Origin: Squalus acanthias
Lineage: Eukaryota
Direction: 5' to 3'
NCBI GenBank assembly: GCA_030390025.1
Contig: CM059433.1
Span: forward strand, 30,320,001 to 30,384,000
DNA: 64,000 bases
Shown: piece by piece, positions 59,997-64,000 of the stretch
Layout of the letters: each line of letters begins with the position of its first letter
Position numbering within the stretch: the first letter of the stretch is position 1
Notes under the pieces: model-generated
Database searches by the model: none
What the model saw: the letters and a program-made list of their open reading frames with translations, nothing else
Told to the model about the DNA's origin: nothing
Program-made: the position numbers and the translations under genes

Positions 59997-60564
59997 TCCT
60001 TTTTTCCTGTGCAGCTTCTCCGTACTTACCCTCACGGAGAAACCTGAAAAAAAAAACGAAGTTTGCTGCGTGCGCGCTGCCTCTCCGGCGCACGTGTTCG
60101 ACCTCTGAACCCCTTCCTTCAGGGGAACGGAAGTTCCGGTTTCCAGCGCATGCGCAGTGCATGCGCAAAACCGGCACTTTCGTTGGGTCTACGGGTGAGT
60201 ACACAGCGCGTACACACCCGTGGAGACTCGAATTTCTGGCCAATTATGTTACAACCTTTTTGCAGCATAATGTGTGTACCGCTTTGTTGAATCTCATACG
60301 TTCCAACAATGACCGAGTTTGGCTGTAACCCATTCATTCACCCATCTGCGTGCCAGCTGAGAATGTGGGCACTTTTAACAGGAATTTTTTCCATTGGACT
60401 AATGTACAGATGGTTGCCAATTACCTTGGAAACTCTATTACCCATGCCAATTCAGGATGAGGAAGGAGAAATGACTGGAGACTCAAAGCCAGGTAAGAGA
60501 CTATCCTGCAAGTCCATCAAACAAAGCCAAGGAGAGGTGCAGTGAAGGACACACATGTCCTTGT

Positions 60565-61303
60565 ATGGAGATACACTATTCTAAATGGTGTGAAGCTGGG
60601 AACTGTGGATGAGCAGAGAGATTTAGGGGTCCAACTACAGAAATCACTAAAAGAAAGTGGACAGATACAAAAAAAGAATGAAAAAGGCAATTGGAATGTT
60701 GGCCTTTATCTCAAGGTGGCTGGATTATAAAGGGATGGAAGTTATGTTACAGCTGTACAGAGCGCTGGTGTGACCCCATCTGGAGCACTGTGTTCAGTTC
60801 TGGGCACCGCACCTCAGGAAGGATATATTGGCCTTGGAGGGGGTACAGCGCAGATTCACCAGAATGATACCGGGGCTAAAAAGGTTAAATTATGAGGCCA
60901 GATTGCATATATTCCCTTGAGTATTGAAGATTAAGAGGTGATTTATTTGAGGTGTTGAAGCTGATTCATGGATTTGATAGGGTAGAGAGAGAGAAACTAT
61001 TTCCTCTGGAGGGGGAGTCGAGAACAAGGGGGCACAACCTTAAAATTAGAGCTAGGCCGTTCAGGGGTGATGTCAGGAAGCACTTCTTCACACAAAGACT
61101 AGTGGAAATCTGGAACTCTCTCCCCCAAAAGCTGTTGAGGCTGGGGGTCAATTGAAAATTTCAAAACTGAAATTGATAGATTTTTGTTAGGTAAGGATAT
61201 TCTGGGGTTTGGAACCAAAGTGTGTAGATGGAGTTAAGATACAGATCAGCCATGATCTAATTGAATGGCGGAAGAGGCTCGAGGGGCTGAATGGCCGACT
61301 CCT
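60565..61303 (+). mobile_element. CR1 LINE 3' fragment, decayed
   Basis: EQRDLGVQ; KLFPLEGESRTRGHNLKIR..RKHFFTQR; CR1 3' UTR. Confidence 0.85.
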
Positions 61304-61899
61304 TTAAAGTTCACGTTTGGTATTTGGAAAATGGGATTGAGATGTTGGTTCTAGCCTTGGATCCATGAGCCGGAGCCACTGATCTCAGCCTTAACAACAA
61401 CAACAACTTGCATTTATATAACTGAGCTGTTCCCTCTTGCAACAGTTTTGCTGCACTTCCTGCAAGTGAATTTTAAGCCCAGTACAACCCAGAAGCTTTA
61501 TGGTTTTCTGCTCCTGCAAAGGCCTTATATCCTTTAGGACTCGCACAATCCTAGAGCTGGCTTAATTAACGCATTAAAACTCCGATCTCTTTCTCTTCTC
61601 CTGGCTCTGAATCATCACCGACTGATTCACTCGCCCCTACTCTCCCCGAACAGTTGTGGCTTCCTTCCTTCTGAGGACGTTCCCCATCTCCCAGATGCCC
61701 ATTTATCTCACTCCCCAAGTCAACTCTTCCTCCGTGGTCGAAATACCTGTGCTCCTCTCAAACTGGCAGTGGTTGGATCTCAGCTGCTAGACACCACAAG
61801 GTCGATGCCGGGCATGTGCAGTGTACCGATGTATGGATCTCAGGTGAGAACACCGGGGAATCCCCACACTCCGATACCCTGGCCTCGGTGATCATTCCA

Positions 61900-62325
61900 G
61901 TGTCAGCTGTGGCTCAGTGTGTAGCACTCTCGCCTCTGAGTCAGAAGGTTGTGGATTTGAGCCCCACTCCAGAGACTTGAGCACAAATATCCAGGCTGAC
62001 ACTCCAGTGCAGTACTGAGGGAGTGCTGCACTGTTGGAGGTGCCGTCTTTCAGATGAGATGTTAAACCGAGGCCTCGCCTGCCCTTTCAGGTGAATGTAA
62101 AAGATTCCAAGGTACTATTTGGAGAAGAGCAGGGGAGTGCTGGCCAATATTTATCCCTCAATCAACATCACTAAAACAAATTATCTGGTCATTATCACAT
62201 TGCTGTTTGTGGGACCTTGCTTTTCGCAAATTGGCTGCTGTGTTTCCTACATTACAACAGCGGATACACTTCAAAAGTACTTAATTGGCTGTAAAGCACT
62301 TTGGGATGTCTTGAGGTCATCAAAG
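61900..62325 (+). mobile_element. Deu-domain SINE
   Basis: Complete head (GTGGCTCAGTG...), core and most of the tail. Confidence 0.8.
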
Positions 62326-62449
62326 GCCTGTTGGATGAGGGATAAATATTGGCTAGTGCACTGGGGAGAACGCCCCTGCTCTTCTTCGAATAACATCACG
62401 GGTCCTGAAAGGCTCTATAAGTCTTTTAGGTCTTTCTTTTCCACTCCAC

Positions 62450-62790
62450 CACTGGAGGACCTGATGCGCTCTAGCAATTCACCAAACTCACTTCAACTGC
62501 TCCAACCAGCCCCGTGACCTACACCACCAAGATGGACAAGAGCAACAATACCATGGGACCGCCATCACCTCCCAAGATGCTCTCCATCCCGACTTGGACA
62601 CATTATCGCCATTTATTCATGGTGGCTGGAGCCAAAATCTTGGAACTCCCCACCTAATACCATCATGGAACATCAGCAGCAGTTTAAGAAGAAGGTCTAC
62701 CATCACCATTTTGTCAGGGCAAACTAGGGATGGGTGATAAATGCTGGCCTTGCCAGCGCTGTCCACATCCTGTGAATTTGTTTAAAAAAA
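62450..62790 (+). mobile_element. Old 3' fragment of the 3659-4567 LINE family
   Basis: Ends AACTAGGGATGGGTGATAAATGCTGGCCTTGCCAGC..CCACATCC. Confidence 0.65.
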
Positions 62791-63426
62791 TAGATTAAAT
62801 GGCACTACCATCTTGCAAACCAGACATGCCAGAGACCTAAGATGAGGATATCCAGTCCGCTGTCATTTTTGAACACTTTGGTACAACTTGCTATGCGACC
62901 ATCATGTTGGATCTCCCTTGAATTGGTTTTGAGAGGTGATAATCATCCCTTTAAATAACACTGAGACACTGAGGGGCTAATAGTCACGGCTCCTGTCTAT
63001 CAAGAAACAGTCACATAATAGCCACAGTAGTATATACCTCAAAATTAGAAGTTATTAGGTGGTGAAGTTGTCAGCTGAAGTGACACGTGAGGATTAATGA
63101 GGCACTTGATTGTCATTCTAAGATCTCGAGTTAATGGTAACCCACCTTTACTGAGTTCCTTATTAATATGAATTGGAAACTGAACTAAGCTGAGCCTGTG
63201 TTCTGTCTGAGCAAAGTACTCTTCACAACAGTTACCATGGAGATAATATACTGAAAGGAATAAGGTTCAGAATCATGGGTTGGGGAATATTGTTAGTAGA
63301 AGAAAAGAAAAAGAAGAAAGCAATAAAAGGATATTTACTGTGACTGAGGTAAGGGACTTGAACATTTGCTGCAAGATTAACATATATAATTTTAAACAGA
63401 CTATTATTTGTGTCACAGACTACATT

Positions 63427-64000
63427 TAACAACAACAACAATTTGCATTTATATAGCAACTTTAATGGAGTAAAACATCCCAAGGCGCTTCACAGGAGCG
63501 TTAGCAAACAAAATTTGATACCGAGCCACATAAGGGGATATTAGGCAGATGAGTTTGGTCAAAGAGGTAGGTTTTAAGGAGCATCTTCTGCCTAATATCC
63601 CCTTATGAGGCTTGGTGTCAAATTTTGAGGAAAGAGAGGTAGAGAGGCGGAGAGGTTTAGGGAGGGAATTCCAAAGCTTCGGGCCTAGGCAGTTGAAGGC
63701 ATGGCCGCCAGTGGTGGAGCGATTAAAATCGGGGATGCACAAGAGGCCAGAATTGGAGGAGGCTGGGGGAGGTTACACAGATAGGGAGGGGCGAGGCCAT
63801 GGAGGGATTTGAAAACAAGGATGAGAATTTCAAAGTCGAGGCATTGCTTAACCAGGAGCCAATGTAGGTCAGTGAGCACAGGGGTGATGGGTGAACGGGA
63901 CTTGGTGTGAGTTAGGATACGGGCAGCAGAGATTCGGATGAGCTTAAGTTTATGGAGGGTGGGAGATGGGAGGCTGGCCAGGAGTGCGTTGGAATAGTCA
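63427..64000 (-). mobile_element. L2 LINE 3' fragment with (TTG)n tail
   Basis: LTDLHWLLV..FEILILVFKSLHGLAPPYL; homologous to 8570-9112. Confidence 0.85.

Larger units (their letters stand above)
58313..60242. mobile_element. Harbinger-like MITE carrying the family B Penelope insertion
   Basis: TIRs GGGCCAGAAATTCG / CGAATTTCTGGCCA; ATT on both flanks (58310-58312, 60243-60245). Confidence 0.7.

Noticed and set aside
58880..60243. Repeated peptide MRSRTTPGYSPTVLFKITSFRS suggesting a small gene family (also 55764-55964)
   Set aside because: Antisense reading of the Penelope pLTR arms.
1..64000. CRISPR arrays, rRNA or prokaryotic operons
   Set aside because: No regularly spaced repeat-spacer array or rRNA-like sequence; the content is vertebrate intronic DNA.

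Overview
Vertebrate genomic DNA, most likely a shark or other elasmobranch (inferred from V-SINE/HE1-like and Deu-domain SINEs, CR1/L2/RTE LINEs and Penelope-like elements). Two intact coding exons of EYS (eyes shut homolog) lie on the minus strand: 36303-36475 (EGF-like repeats) and 8154-8336 (start of a laminin-G domain), separated by a ~28 kb intron. The rest is probably intronic and dense with nested mobile elements. (1) The 3' end of a young endogenous retrovirus-like element, with an intact env-like ORF of the paramyxovirus-F / foamy / lokiretrovirus type and a ~1.7 kb LTR (1-3151). (2) A complete but decayed Mag-type Gypsy element with 120-bp LTRs. (3) A solo LTR. (4) An RTE with a perfect 52-bp target-site duplication (TSD). 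(5) A Tx1 LINE inserted into the tRNA-like head of a SINE and itself carrying two Penelope-like insertions. (6) Harbinger-like MITEs. The most striking internal structure is a Penelope-like family present three times, always as a tail-out palindrome (78-, 275- and 412-bp arms) with a 12-13 bp TSD and a minimal hammerhead-ribozyme motif in each arm. A second Penelope family shows the direct-repeat arrangement with two same-sense hammerheads. No database searches were run; family names come from motif recognition.
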